Below, piece by piece: positions 8,922 to 18,179 of a stretch of DNA of 64,000 nucleotides. A model generated the notes under the pieces. It was not told the DNA's origin and searched no databases. It worked only from the letters and a program-made list of their open reading frames with translations. Numbering within the stretch: the first letter of the stretch is position 1; every line of letters begins with the position of its first letter. Source of the DNA: an uncultured Ruminococcus sp. (GTDB lineage Bacteria; Bacillota; Clostridia; Oscillospirales; CAG-272); the NCBI GenBank assembly GCA_964644445.1, contig CAZXVF010000001.1, positions 40,493 through 104,492 of the forward strand. Direction: 5' to 3'. The translations under genes were made by a program, and so were the position numbers.

Positions 8922-10595
8922 GTGGATAAAAGCAATGATGCTCGTGATGATTTCTGGGATCTTGGTAAAATAGTACCTAAAAAGAAGAGCAGACCTACTG
9001 CTTTTAATACCTCTACCTACGTAACCAATCACGAGATTTCCGGCCGTTCGTCCGATGTGAATAGCGGTGATAAAAACCGCATAACGCTACTCGATACCTT
9101 GAAGCCGTCGGCCGTCTCGTCCGAAGAATCCTACGTTCCCGAGAACAGCAGATTGATAAAGCGCGTAACCGTTAAAAATTTTGCGGACCGATATGATTTT
9201 TACGGTAATTTTCGCAAAGCCGCGGTAGTGTACTACGATTACAAAACCGAAAAATGTGATTTTGCCCCGTTTTATTCGTATATGCCACAGTATTCTCAGC
9301 TGACCTCTGAGCAAAAGCAATACTATTTTTATTTTAGAGATATGGTCAGACACGGCAAATATATAAAGAGCGATTATTCGTATCTTTATCTTTTGGTCTA
9401 TGAGATACTGAATATGCCGGATTATCTTCCGCCGAATGAAGGAGTGATTTTGCTCTGTAAGCTATGGAGAGAATACAGAACGTCGCTTCCGCGCATCGAT
9501 TCGTATTTTTCGGTATGGATACAGGACTATTGCTTGGTGCACCGCCTTGCATGCCCCATGGAATATATATCGGAATTTATATTTGACGTAATTTATGCCT
9601 CGGATTTTAAGGAGTTCTATTTATCCGAAATGAATATTGGTGCGGATTCGGCTACGGATGCCATGATTGCGTATCTTTCGGATTACGATTGGAGAAAATG
9701 CAGGTATAGAACGTCTGAAAACAAGGAAATGTACTATCGACACATGATAGGCGCAATGACGCGTGTGTTTGCTACAATGTTCGGCGCAGACGGAATGTAC
9801 GAAAATCAAGGTTCTCCGTCTAAAATAGAACGAGACGCATTTCCTCACTCGCTTTGTACGCATGCAGTAAAGTGCAAGCTCTCAATCGAATACGTTCAGC
9901 TTTCACGGGAATTGAACGCAAGACGTGACGTTACCATGTGTGTAAGATATTGCGAAAATAAGCTGCGCGCTTTGATCGGAATTAAAAGCCGACTCGCAAT
10001 CAAGGATCTTTCAAACGTGTATAAAAGCGTTATTGACGGCTATTTTGATGATATCTTGAAAAGGGAAGCGACCAAAAAACGTATTGAAAATCTTCCGGAA
10101 TATGAAAAACTTTACGATGCCCCCAGCTTCGAGATATCATTCGTCGGGGCAGATGAGATAGAACGTGCTTCTTGGTCGACCACGGCACGACTTATATCAG
10201 AGGATTCCGAGGAATATATTGGAAGCATTTCCAATACGGAAAACGTCACAAAGAATGAAAACGATACGAAAGCAATCGTTGATTGCGTTGAAAAATCCGC
10301 CCCATTCTTAGACACCGGAGCCGTGACATGTCAAAATAATGTAAACGAAAATGAAGATAATGAAGAAAAAAGCGTTGGCACCCTTTCAAAAGAAGATATT
10401 GATGTGCTGCGCACTGTGCTGAATTTCGGATTAGATGAAAACGATATGTCTTTAATCGATACGGTAACACGATTGAACGAGTATTTTTCCGATATGTTGG
10501 GAGATATAGCGATAGAATCCGACGGGGAAAAATTCAAAATTATAGATGATTACAGAGAGGACGTTGAGGAATGGCTTTTGAAGCAAGGGAAGTAA
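8922..10595 (+). CDS. sngA: TerB_N / TerB_C domain protein (Shango SngA-like)
   Basis: 557 aa. The TerB_N-type block is DFAPFYSYMPQYSQLTSEQKQYYFYFRDMVRHGKYIKSDYSYLYLLVYEILN...SVWIQDYCLVH. An acidic Asn/Glu-rich linker follows, then a C-terminal block LSKEDIDVLRTVL...RLNEYFSDMLGDIAIESDGEKFKIIDDY that resembles TerB_C. Assignment is from recalled family signatures, not a search. Confidence 0.65.
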   Translation: MDKSNDARDDFWDLGKIVPKKKSRPTAFNTSTYVTNHEISGRSSDVNSGDKNRITLLDTLKPSAVSSEESYVPENSRLIKRVTVKNFADRYDFYGNFRKAAVVYYDYKTEKCDFAPFYSYMPQYSQLTSEQKQYYFYFRDMVRHGKYIKSDYSYLYLLVYEILNMPDYLPPNEGVILLCKLWREYRTSLPRIDSYFSVWIQDYCLVHRLACPMEYISEFIFDVIYASDFKEFYLSEMNIGADSATDAMIAYLSDYDWRKCRYRTSENKEMYYRHMIGAMTRVFATMFGADGMYENQGSPSKIERDAFPHSLCTHAVKCKLSIEYVQLSRELNARRDVTMCVRYCENKLRALIGIKSRLAIKDLSNVYKSVIDGYFDDILKREATKKRIENLPEYEKLYDAPSFEISFVGADEIERASWSTTARLISEDSEEYIGSISNTENVTKNENDTKAIVDCVEKSAPFLDTGAVTCQNNVNENEDNEEKSVGTLSKEDIDVLRTVLNFGLDENDMSLIDTVTRLNEYFSDMLGDIAIESDGEKFKIIDDYREDVEEWLLKQGK

Positions 10596-11941
10596 AAGTA
10601 CCGAAAAGAATATTAAATACGCTAATTACGTCGCTTTCTTCGGGCGTGGTTCCGAGAAGCGGAGCGCCTTATATAGCAATTGGCAGGACCGATGAGATAA
10701 ACTCATTGCTGAATAACCTCGATGACGTCGCTGACGGCGGCTCAATGTGCCGTTTTCTTATAGGAAGATACGGAAGCGGAAAAAGCTTTTTGATCCAGTT
10801 GATACGCGGATATGCGCTTGACAGAGGATTTATAACCGCAGATGTAGATCTCTCGCCGGAAAAGAGATTGTCCGGTGGAAGCGGGGCGGCTTTGGCAACC
10901 TATCGTGAGTTGCTGACGAATTTGGCAACGAAAGCAAATCCGGACGGAAGCGCATTACAGGGTATACTTTCCAGATACTACGTTGGTATTAAGAACGACT
11001 TGGTATCCGAGGGGTACGATCCCGACAGCGAGCCGTTCGTGCTTGAATTGAAAAAAAGGATATATTCAACAATGTCAAGCCTCGAGGGAGACGTAGGCGG
11101 ATTTGATTTTGCCAGAGTTCTGTCTGAATACTATATCGCTACCATCAATGACGATGATATCAAGCGAACCGCATGTCTCAGATGGATCAGGGGAGAGTTT
11201 TCGACTAAGACGGAGGCAAAAGCGGCACTGGGATTCAGCGTAAGCTGTGTTATTGACGATTCGAATTGGTACGTTTTTATCAAGCTTATCGCTTCAATGT
11301 CGAGAAATTTAGGATATAAGGGCTTGGTTCTTTTCATTGACGAGTGCGTAAACCTTTATAAAATTCCGAACAGAGTTTCGCGCGAATCGAATTATGAAAA
11401 AATACTTGCAATATTCAATGACACGTTACAGGGGAAAGCCCCGTGGTTAGGCATCGTATTCGGAGGAACACCTAAATTCTTGGAGGACACTCGCAGGGGA
11501 CTTTTCAGTTACGAAGCGTTAAAGTCACGTCTGGAGGATTCAAAATACGGCGCGCTTGGGTATCATAACCTTTCTTCTCCCGTAATAAGGCTTCGCGCTC
11601 TTTCGGCTAACGAATTATTGGCGCTTATAAAACGCTTGACTCGTTTGTATATGGACAAAGAGGGACTTGAAGCATCGCCGCTCACCGACGAAGAAATAGC
11701 GTCGTTTCTTACCAATGCAATCTCCAGGACGGGGGCCGAGGAGATGATAACACCGCGTGAGATTATAAGAGATTACCTTACTATGCTGAATATACTAAGG
11801 GATAATCCCGGTGCTAAGGTAAGTGATTTTTTAACGAGTGCTTGCGATGATACACCTCGCGCAACCGAAGAAAACGTTACCGTGCAAGGTACAGAAATTA
11901 ATGCACTAAAGAAAATAGATTTATTTGATATAGATATATAA
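10571..11941 (+). CDS. sngB: P-loop ATPase, DUF2791/BrxC-BrxD-like (Shango SngB-like)
   Basis: 456 aa. Walker A is LIGRYGSGKSFL and Walker B is LVLFIDECVNL. It overlaps the upstream gene by 25 nt. Confidence 0.65.
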   Translation: MAFEAREVKVPKRILNTLITSLSSGVVPRSGAPYIAIGRTDEINSLLNNLDDVADGGSMCRFLIGRYGSGKSFLIQLIRGYALDRGFITADVDLSPEKRLSGGSGAALATYRELLTNLATKANPDGSALQGILSRYYVGIKNDLVSEGYDPDSEPFVLELKKRIYSTMSSLEGDVGGFDFARVLSEYYIATINDDDIKRTACLRWIRGEFSTKTEAKAALGFSVSCVIDDSNWYVFIKLIASMSRNLGYKGLVLFIDECVNLYKIPNRVSRESNYEKILAIFNDTLQGKAPWLGIVFGGTPKFLEDTRRGLFSYEALKSRLEDSKYGALGYHNLSSPVIRLRALSANELLALIKRLTRLYMDKEGLEASPLTDEEIASFLTNAISRTGAEEMITPREIIRDYLTMLNILRDNPGAKVSDFLTSACDDTPRATEENVTVQGTEINALKKIDLFDIDI

Positions 11942-11974
11942 AAACAGGCAGAATTTACAGAAGGAGGACGCAAA

Positions 11975-14212
11975 ATGACGGAAGCAGACAGAATTTTTAT
12001 GAAATTTCCGGATTTCATCAAGGAATACGTGTATTCGCACTCTTGGACGGAGCTCCGCGACGTTCAAATAGAAGCTGCAAGAGTAATATTTGAAACGGAT
12101 AATAATCTTTTAATATCATCCTCCACAGCGTCCGGAAAAACCGAGGCAGCATTTTTCCCCATAATATCCGACGTGTACGACGATCCGGCGGCATCAAAAT
12201 CGGTTTCCGTCTTGTATATAGCCCCTCTTAAGTCTCTTATTAACGATCAGTTTTCGAGACTTCAAGAAATATTGGATATGTCGGGTATTAACGTCACGCA
12301 TTGGCACGGAGACGTAGGTCAATCACATAAGGCGGCGCTTTTGAAAAATCCTTCGGGAATACTGCAAATAACTCCGGAGTCTCTCGAATCAATGTTAATG
12401 CGCAGATCAAACGATATACCGCGCATTTTCAGTAGCCTTCGTTACGTTGTGATAGATGAGGTGCATTCTCTTATCGGCACCGATCGCGGCAATCAGGTGA
12501 TATGTCTGCTTTCCAGAATATCCGACTTGATCGGACATCATCCGCGAAGGATTGGATTAAGCGCAACCGTGGGAGATATTGAACTTACCGCCGCTTGGCT
12601 CGGTGAGGGAACCGAACGAAGGACTGATGCTCCCGTTCCGCCGCGCCTGCCGTTGAAGTGGCGTTTGGCAATGGAGCATTTCTATATACAGAATGCAGAT
12701 GAAATTCAAACTCCGGAAGGTTCATCCGACGGTTCTGCCTACCGAGGCGGGAAAGCGATCTTGGATCCCGGATATGAATTTCTCTATGATGCGGTATATA
12801 ACAGAAAAGCTCTCGTATTTTCCAATTCTAGAGAGGAGACCGAATACGTGACTGCAACTATGCGTCAGATTGCGGCACATAGAGGCGAGGACGACGTTTT
12901 TCTTATCCATCACGGAAATCTTTCCGCTTCGCTTAGAGAAGACGCCGAGATACGAATGAAGGATGAAGAAATATCGCGTGCCGTCACCTGCGCCACAGTC
13001 ACCCTTGAACTAGGTATAGATATAGGTAAATTAGATCGCGTTGCTCAAGTAGGCGCACCGACGACTGTTTCGGGATTTCTTCAAAGACTCGGACGTTCCG
13101 GCAGGCGAGGCAATCCTCCGGAAATGGTTATGGTTTACAGAGAAGATACTCTCTTGCCGAACGCCCCGTTGCCTCAGCTTATTCCTTGGGAATTGCTTCG
13201 CGGTATTGCAATAATAGATTTATATTCCGAGGAGAGGTTTATAGAGCCACCGCGGATCAAAAAAATGCCTTTAAGCTTAGCGTTCCACCAAACACTCAGC
13301 GTATTAGCCTCACGAGGTGAGCAGACACCGAAGCAGCTTGCATCGATTATTCTGTCGCTTCCTCCTCTTAAATGCCTCGGCAAGGAGGCGTATCGCGCTC
13401 TTTTAGTTTCAATGATCAATCAAGAGTATATCGAAATGACAGAGTGCGGCGGTCTTATCGTAGGATTAGCAGGGGAGAGAATAATTAATTCATATAAGTT
13501 TTATGCTGTCTTTAAAGATAGTGAGGATTATACCGTTCGATCCGGAAGCGAGGAGATAGGCACGATAACGACGCCGCCTCCGAACGGAGACAGATTTGCC
13601 CTCGCAGGCAGAGTTTGGGAGGTGCTTGAAACCGATATAGGCAGAAAGCTAATATTCGTAAAGCCCGTCGAAGGAAAAATGGAAATATCATGGCCGGGCG
13701 ATAGCGGAGAGATACATACTAAGCTTCTTCTAAAAATGCGCGAGATACTGTTCAATGACAAGGAATACAAATTCTTGGGCTCAAACGCGAATCTGCGTTT
13801 GCAAAAAGCCAGACGTCTCGCCAAAAATGCAAAAATGGACGATAAGCTTTTAGTTTTTATCGGCGGACAGAGCTTTTGTCTTTTCCCGTGGCTCGGAACC
13901 AGATCGTTCAGAACGGCTAAACGCTTCTTGAAAAAGTATGCATCTGAGCTTGGAATTTCGGATATACAGAGCGAATCGTGCTGCTATATCACCTTTAAGG
14001 CAAAAGATAGCTCCGAAGGCGATATAATGTCACATATATCAAGCATTATTGAACGTGACGGAATTGATACGTTTGATTTGGTTTCCGAAGGAGAACTACC
14101 GGTGTTTGACAAATATGATGAATACGTTCCGGCAGAGCTTTTGCGCGATGCCTTTGCAACCGATAGACTCTTCGCCGATGAGGTTGTTGAAAGATTTGGA
14201 GGTGGCGTATGA
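11975..14212 (+). CDS. sngC: Superfamily-2 DEAD/DEAH (DEVH) helicase, Lhr-core-like (Shango SngC-like)
   Basis: 745 aa. Motif I is SSTASGKTEA, motif II VVIDEVHSL, motif III GLSATVG and motif VI FLQRLGRSGRRG. An extension of about 350 aa follows the helicase core, as in Lhr-type helicases. A GGAGG RBS lies 7 nt upstream. Confidence 0.8.
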   Translation: MTEADRIFMKFPDFIKEYVYSHSWTELRDVQIEAARVIFETDNNLLISSSTASGKTEAAFFPIISDVYDDPAASKSVSVLYIAPLKSLINDQFSRLQEILDMSGINVTHWHGDVGQSHKAALLKNPSGILQITPESLESMLMRRSNDIPRIFSSLRYVVIDEVHSLIGTDRGNQVICLLSRISDLIGHHPRRIGLSATVGDIELTAAWLGEGTERRTDAPVPPRLPLKWRLAMEHFYIQNADEIQTPEGSSDGSAYRGGKAILDPGYEFLYDAVYNRKALVFSNSREETEYVTATMRQIAAHRGEDDVFLIHHGNLSASLREDAEIRMKDEEISRAVTCATVTLELGIDIGKLDRVAQVGAPTTVSGFLQRLGRSGRRGNPPEMVMVYREDTLLPNAPLPQLIPWELLRGIAIIDLYSEERFIEPPRIKKMPLSLAFHQTLSVLASRGEQTPKQLASIILSLPPLKCLGKEAYRALLVSMINQEYIEMTECGGLIVGLAGERIINSYKFYAVFKDSEDYTVRSGSEEIGTITTPPPNGDRFALAGRVWEVLETDIGRKLIFVKPVEGKMEISWPGDSGEIHTKLLLKMREILFNDKEYKFLGSNANLRLQKARRLAKNAKMDDKLLVFIGGQSFCLFPWLGTRSFRTAKRFLKKYASELGISDIQSESCCYITFKAKDSSEGDIMSHISSIIERDGIDTFDLVSEGELPVFDKYDEYVPAELLRDAFATDRLFADEVVERFGGGV

Positions 14213-14961
14213 TATACGATCTCTTAGCACCGGTGTACGATGCTATTAACAGCGATATTGACTACAAGACATGGGCGGATTTCATAGAAAAAGCAGTAAA
14301 AAAATACGGTCCGAACGATCCGTCGCTGTGGCTCGATCTCGGATGCGGAACCGGTAAAATGACGCTGGAGTTGGCAAAACGAGGCAGAGATATGATAGGG
14401 ATAGATTATTCTGCAGAAATGCTTGATATAGCGAGATCTGAAGCGGAGCGCGAGGGGCTTGACGGAATACTATGGCTCTGTCAGGATATGCGTGAATTTG
14501 AATTATACGGTACGGTTGACGTCGTTACGTCATGCCTAGATTCGATAAATCACATAACCGAGACCGGAGATCTTGACAAATGTTTTTCATTGGTACACAA
14601 TTATCTGTCTCCGAACGGGCTTTTCATTTTCGATATCAACGGAAAAGCAAAATTTGAAACCGTATATGCAGACCATGCATATGTTATGGAGGAAAAAGAA
14701 AGCGTATGTATATGGCAAAATTCATATAATCCAAAAAGCCGTGCATGTGACTTTTTCATAACTCTCTTTAAGGAAAATCAAAACGGAACGTACGAGCGAT
14801 ACGATGAATGCCAAAGGGAACGTATGTACACTATAAGAACTATGAGATCACGTCTTGAAAAGAATTCAATGGAATTTATAGGTGCGTTCTCCGATTTTAA
14901 TTTTACGGTGGCAGACGATTCCGCAGAGCGCATATATATCGTGGCAAAATGCAAAAAGTGA
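14209..14961 (+). CDS. Class I SAM-dependent methyltransferase (small-molecule-type Rossmann MTase)
   Basis: 250 aa. SAM-binding motif I is WLDLGCGTGKMTLELAKRG, followed by an acidic-residue motif IGIDYS. The start ATG overlaps the helicase stop as ATGA. The GGAGG RBS lies within the helicase 3' end. Confidence 0.8.
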   Translation: MIYDLLAPVYDAINSDIDYKTWADFIEKAVKKYGPNDPSLWLDLGCGTGKMTLELAKRGRDMIGIDYSAEMLDIARSEAEREGLDGILWLCQDMREFELYGTVDVVTSCLDSINHITETGDLDKCFSLVHNYLSPNGLFIFDINGKAKFETVYADHAYVMEEKESVCIWQNSYNPKSRACDFFITLFKENQNGTYERYDECQRERMYTIRTMRSRLEKNSMEFIGAFSDFNFTVADDSAERIYIVAKCKK

Positions 14962-14970
14962 GGAAATATA

Positions 14971-15870
14971 ATGAGCGTAAATAATAAAAAAACGAACTCA
15001 ACAATTTTAAGGGGAATGACAAGAGACGGCTCTGCCCGCATTTTAGTTATCAATTCCACTAAAATAGTCGACGATATGGTTAAATATCATAAAACCACGC
15101 CTACAGCGACCGCGGCTCTCGGAAGAACGGTAACAGCGGCTTCAATGGTCGGAACCATGCTTCCGGAAAAAGGCAACACGGTGACCTTTAATATTTCGGG
15201 TGACGGAGATGCCGGTAGTATTATCGCTGTCGGAGATTATTTCGGAAACGTGAAGGGATATATACAAAATCCAATGGTAAATCCGCCGAAGAAGTCAAAC
15301 GGAAAGCTTGACGTCGGTGCTGCGGTGGGAGCGGGAACTATTTCCGTCATAAAGGACGTCGGACAGGCAGATCCGCAAATCGGAACGAGTAATTTGGTGA
15401 GCGGAGAAATCGCCGAAGATATTGCTGCTTATTTTGCGTTAAGCGAGCAGATACCTACAGTACTTTCATTGGGAGTTCTGGTTGACAAGGATTATTCATG
15501 TCTTGCCGCAGGAGGTGTTCTGATTCAGCTTATGCCGTATCCGGATGAAGAAACGGTAAATCTCATAGAAAGAAATGCAGCTGATCTTGTAAATATTTCG
15601 AGATATTTCGAACAAGGAAAAACCAACGAGGAAATTGCAATGATCGCCATGCGCGATATTCCTTTTGACGTCTTTGATACGCTTGACGTATCGTATAAAT
15701 GCGACTGCTCAAGGAGCCGAATGGAGAAAAAAATTAAAAGTCTCGGTAAAAATGAAATAGTATCAATGTTAAACGAGCAGGAAGCGGAAGGAAAACTGCG
15801 CGAGCTGACTGCGGTTTGCAGATTTTGCAGTACGGAGTATACGTTTACCGAGTCTCAATTATTGAACTGA
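14971..15870 (+). CDS. hslO: Redox-regulated chaperone Hsp33
   Basis: 299 aa. The C-terminal zinc centre is CDCSRSRMEKK...CRFCSTEY (CxC...CxxC). Confidence 0.9.
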   Translation: MSVNNKKTNSTILRGMTRDGSARILVINSTKIVDDMVKYHKTTPTATAALGRTVTAASMVGTMLPEKGNTVTFNISGDGDAGSIIAVGDYFGNVKGYIQNPMVNPPKKSNGKLDVGAAVGAGTISVIKDVGQADPQIGTSNLVSGEIAEDIAAYFALSEQIPTVLSLGVLVDKDYSCLAAGGVLIQLMPYPDEETVNLIERNAADLVNISRYFEQGKTNEEIAMIAMRDIPFDVFDTLDVSYKCDCSRSRMEKKIKSLGKNEIVSMLNEQEAEGKLRELTAVCRFCSTEYTFTESQLLN

Positions 15871-16005
15871 TACAATATAGCTACTGTACTGTTTTAAGCT
15901 TTGGGCTTGAAGCTTTTCCGACTTGACGTCGCCGATAAATGAGCATTGGATATTTTCTTCCTTTATCATATACTTTAAGTAAACGTGATTCAGGAGGAAA
16001 ATATT

Positions 16006-16533
16006 ATGGATCCCATGAGAACCTTTTTGACGGAGGAAAATATAGCGCTGCACCGAGAATATATGCGAAGCCTGCGTCTCAAACATTCGGTAATGGAAAA
16101 AAGTATTTCCGTGATTAAGAACGCTTCATTGTCGGAAATATCAAAGGCAGCTATTAAAAAACGTGATAAAGATGACGTTCTGGCTAATTTGTCGGAATAT
16201 CTTATGCACGATTTGTATTTTAAGTCTTTTTCGGAAATGCCTTCGGGCAACAGGCTTATAAAAAAGTATTATTCATCAGACGAGGCGTTTTTGTATGAGA
16301 TATTTTGTAAGTGCCGTGAAACGCCGGCGGGATTTGTACTGATATACTTGGACGACAGAGGACGTCCGCAAGTGAAGGAATTCAATTCATGGCGAGATTT
16401 GATCCATCCGACGCGTCTTGCAATAGACGTGTCAGAGCATTCATATTTTTTGGATTACGGCTTTGAACGCGAAAAATATCTTAAAAACGCATTATCACAC
16501 TTGGATTTAGCAAAGCTGAAAAGCGGATCATAA
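16006..16533 (+). CDS. Fe/Mn superoxide dismutase-like protein (short, divergent)
   Basis: The C-terminal AIDVSEHSYFLDYGFEREKYL aligns with the SOD signature DVWEHAYYLDYxNxRxxY. His residues in ALHREY and LMHDLYF sit where metal ligands His26 and His73 (E. coli FeSOD numbering) would fall. I prefer the ATG at 16006, which follows GGAGG plus 8 nt, over the track GTG at 15985. Confidence 0.5.
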   Translation: MDPMRTFLTEENIALHREYMRSLRLKHSVMEKSISVIKNASLSEISKAAIKKRDKDDVLANLSEYLMHDLYFKSFSEMPSGNRLIKKYYSSDEAFLYEIFCKCRETPAGFVLIYLDDRGRPQVKEFNSWRDLIHPTRLAIDVSEHSYFLDYGFEREKYLKNALSHLDLAKLKSGS

Positions 16534-16554
16534 AAATATCAAAGGAGAACTATT

Positions 16555-17781
16555 ATGAGTTTATTGAAGGGGAATGCGATCGTTGGACAGTCCGGCGGTC
16601 CTACGGCGGCAATAAATGCAACTTTGTCAGGAGTCATCAGAGGAGCAAATGAAAATTCTGAAATAATTGAAAAAATATACGGAATGAGAAACGGAATAGA
16701 AGGATTTCTTGATGAGCGAATCGTAGATCTTTCGGCAATTTTTTCGGATGATTCCAAACTCCGTGCATTGGAGCTTACTCCGGCCGCCGCACTCGGATCC
16801 TGTAGAAAAAAGCTGGGTGATCATGATACCGATAAGAAAACGTACGAGCGGCTGCTTGAATTATTTAAAAAATACGATATAAGATATTTCTTTTACATAG
16901 GCGGAAACGATTCGATGGACACGGTACTCAAGCTTTCACGTTTTATGCAGGAGAGGGCATATGAGATGCGTATTATCGGAGTGCCGAAAACCGTTGATAA
17001 CGATCTTTCCGTAACCGATCACACGCCTGGATTCGGTTCGGCGGCAAAATTCGTTGCAACTACCGTCAAAGAAATAATTCGCGACGTTTCGGTATATACG
17101 AAGAAGGCGGTAACGATAGTCGAAATTATGGGAAGAGACGCAGGTTGGCTTACAGCCTCATCTGCACTTCCGATACTTTCCGGCGGAATCGGTCCAGATC
17201 TTATTTATCTACCCGAGGTTGACTTCGATAATGAAAAATTTATTTCCGACGTTCTCTCTTGCCTTGAGAGGCATCCCGCGGTTCTCGTAACGGTTTCCGA
17301 GGGAATCAGATTTGCCGACGGGGAATACGTCGGTGCATCAGGAAACGCCGTAGATGCATTTGGACATAAAGCTCTTTCCGGCGCAGGTAAGGTGCTTGAA
17401 GAATTGGTTAGAAACAGATTGGGATGCAAGGTCAGATCTATTGAATTGAATCTTCCTCAGCGTTGTGCCGCGCATATCTCTTCGTTGACGGATATAAGAG
17501 AATCCGTGGAAACCGGACGAGCAGCAGTAAACGCGGCAATTTCAGGAAAAACCGCTCAAATGATGATAGTCAAGAGGAACGATACGGCAGAATATTCGGT
17601 ATCTTATGATACATCGGATATTGGCGGAATAGCGAATGCAGTAAAAACCGTTCCCCGTGAATATATAAACGACACGGAAAACGGAGTTACCGATGAATGC
17701 TTGCGGTATCTTGCTCCGCTTATCATAGGTGAAGTTGCTCCGGAATATGAAGCGGGAATGCCCATACACATAGTGATATAA
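16555..17781 (+). CDS. pfp: 6-phosphofructokinase, long PfkA family, probably PPi-dependent
   Basis: 408 aa. It has GQSGGPTAAINA, IGGNDSMDT, GVPKTVDNDL (Lys in the PKT position, typical of PPi-PFK rather than the PGT of ATP-PFK) and MGRDAGWL. Confidence 0.75.
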   Translation: MSLLKGNAIVGQSGGPTAAINATLSGVIRGANENSEIIEKIYGMRNGIEGFLDERIVDLSAIFSDDSKLRALELTPAAALGSCRKKLGDHDTDKKTYERLLELFKKYDIRYFFYIGGNDSMDTVLKLSRFMQERAYEMRIIGVPKTVDNDLSVTDHTPGFGSAAKFVATTVKEIIRDVSVYTKKAVTIVEIMGRDAGWLTASSALPILSGGIGPDLIYLPEVDFDNEKFISDVLSCLERHPAVLVTVSEGIRFADGEYVGASGNAVDAFGHKALSGAGKVLEELVRNRLGCKVRSIELNLPQRCAAHISSLTDIRESVETGRAAVNAAISGKTAQMMIVKRNDTAEYSVSYDTSDIGGIANAVKTVPREYINDTENGVTDECLRYLAPLIIGEVAPEYEAGMPIHIVI

Positions 17782-17980
17782 TCTCGAGTGCTATACCGTT
17801 TATCAGTCCTTACTTTTCCACGGCGATGCATAAGGATAGATCGTGATTTCATTTGATCTGTATTAATACAAATAAGTAACGACCGAGTCGAAGGCTTATA
17901 CGCATTTTCTTGTTTTGCGTTGCTTCGCCTCGGCCGTTTTATATTATTTGTCAAAAAAACAGAAAATGTTGCGAAAGTAC

Positions 17981-18009
17981 TTGATTTTTGATGTGAGTTA
18001 TGATATAAT
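17981..18009 (+). promoter_or_regulatory. Sigma-A promoter for the SAM riboswitch and metK
   Basis: TTGATT (17981..17986), 17 nt, TATAAT (18004..18009). Confidence 0.55.
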
Positions 18010-18029
18010 GCAGTTGCAATTAAATATTA

Positions 18030-18150
18030 CTTATCAAGAGCGGCGGAGGGACTGGCCCTGTGAAGCCCGGCAACCTGTTTTATTATAAGGTGCTAATTCC
18101 TGAGAGATGAGGTTTCGATCGGGGGTTTGCGCTTGCAGCCCTTTTTTCTT
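18030..18150 (+). promoter_or_regulatory. SAM-I (S-box) riboswitch leader
   Basis: The conserved core is CTTATCAAGAGCGGCGGAGGGACTGGCCCTGTGAAGCCCGGCAACC...AAGGTGCTAATTCCTGAGAG. A GC-rich segment ending in CCCTTTTTTCTT (expression platform) follows. It sits directly upstream of metK. Confidence 0.85.
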
Positions 18151-18179
18151 GCTCTTATAATTCGAAAGGAAGTTAAAAT

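Noticed and set aside
6094-14212. Calling the whole accessory stretch a mobile genomic island
   Set aside because: I could find no integrase, transposase, tRNA attachment site or flanking direct repeats. Only compositional and functional hints exist, so I report it as a possible variable region, not a mobile element.
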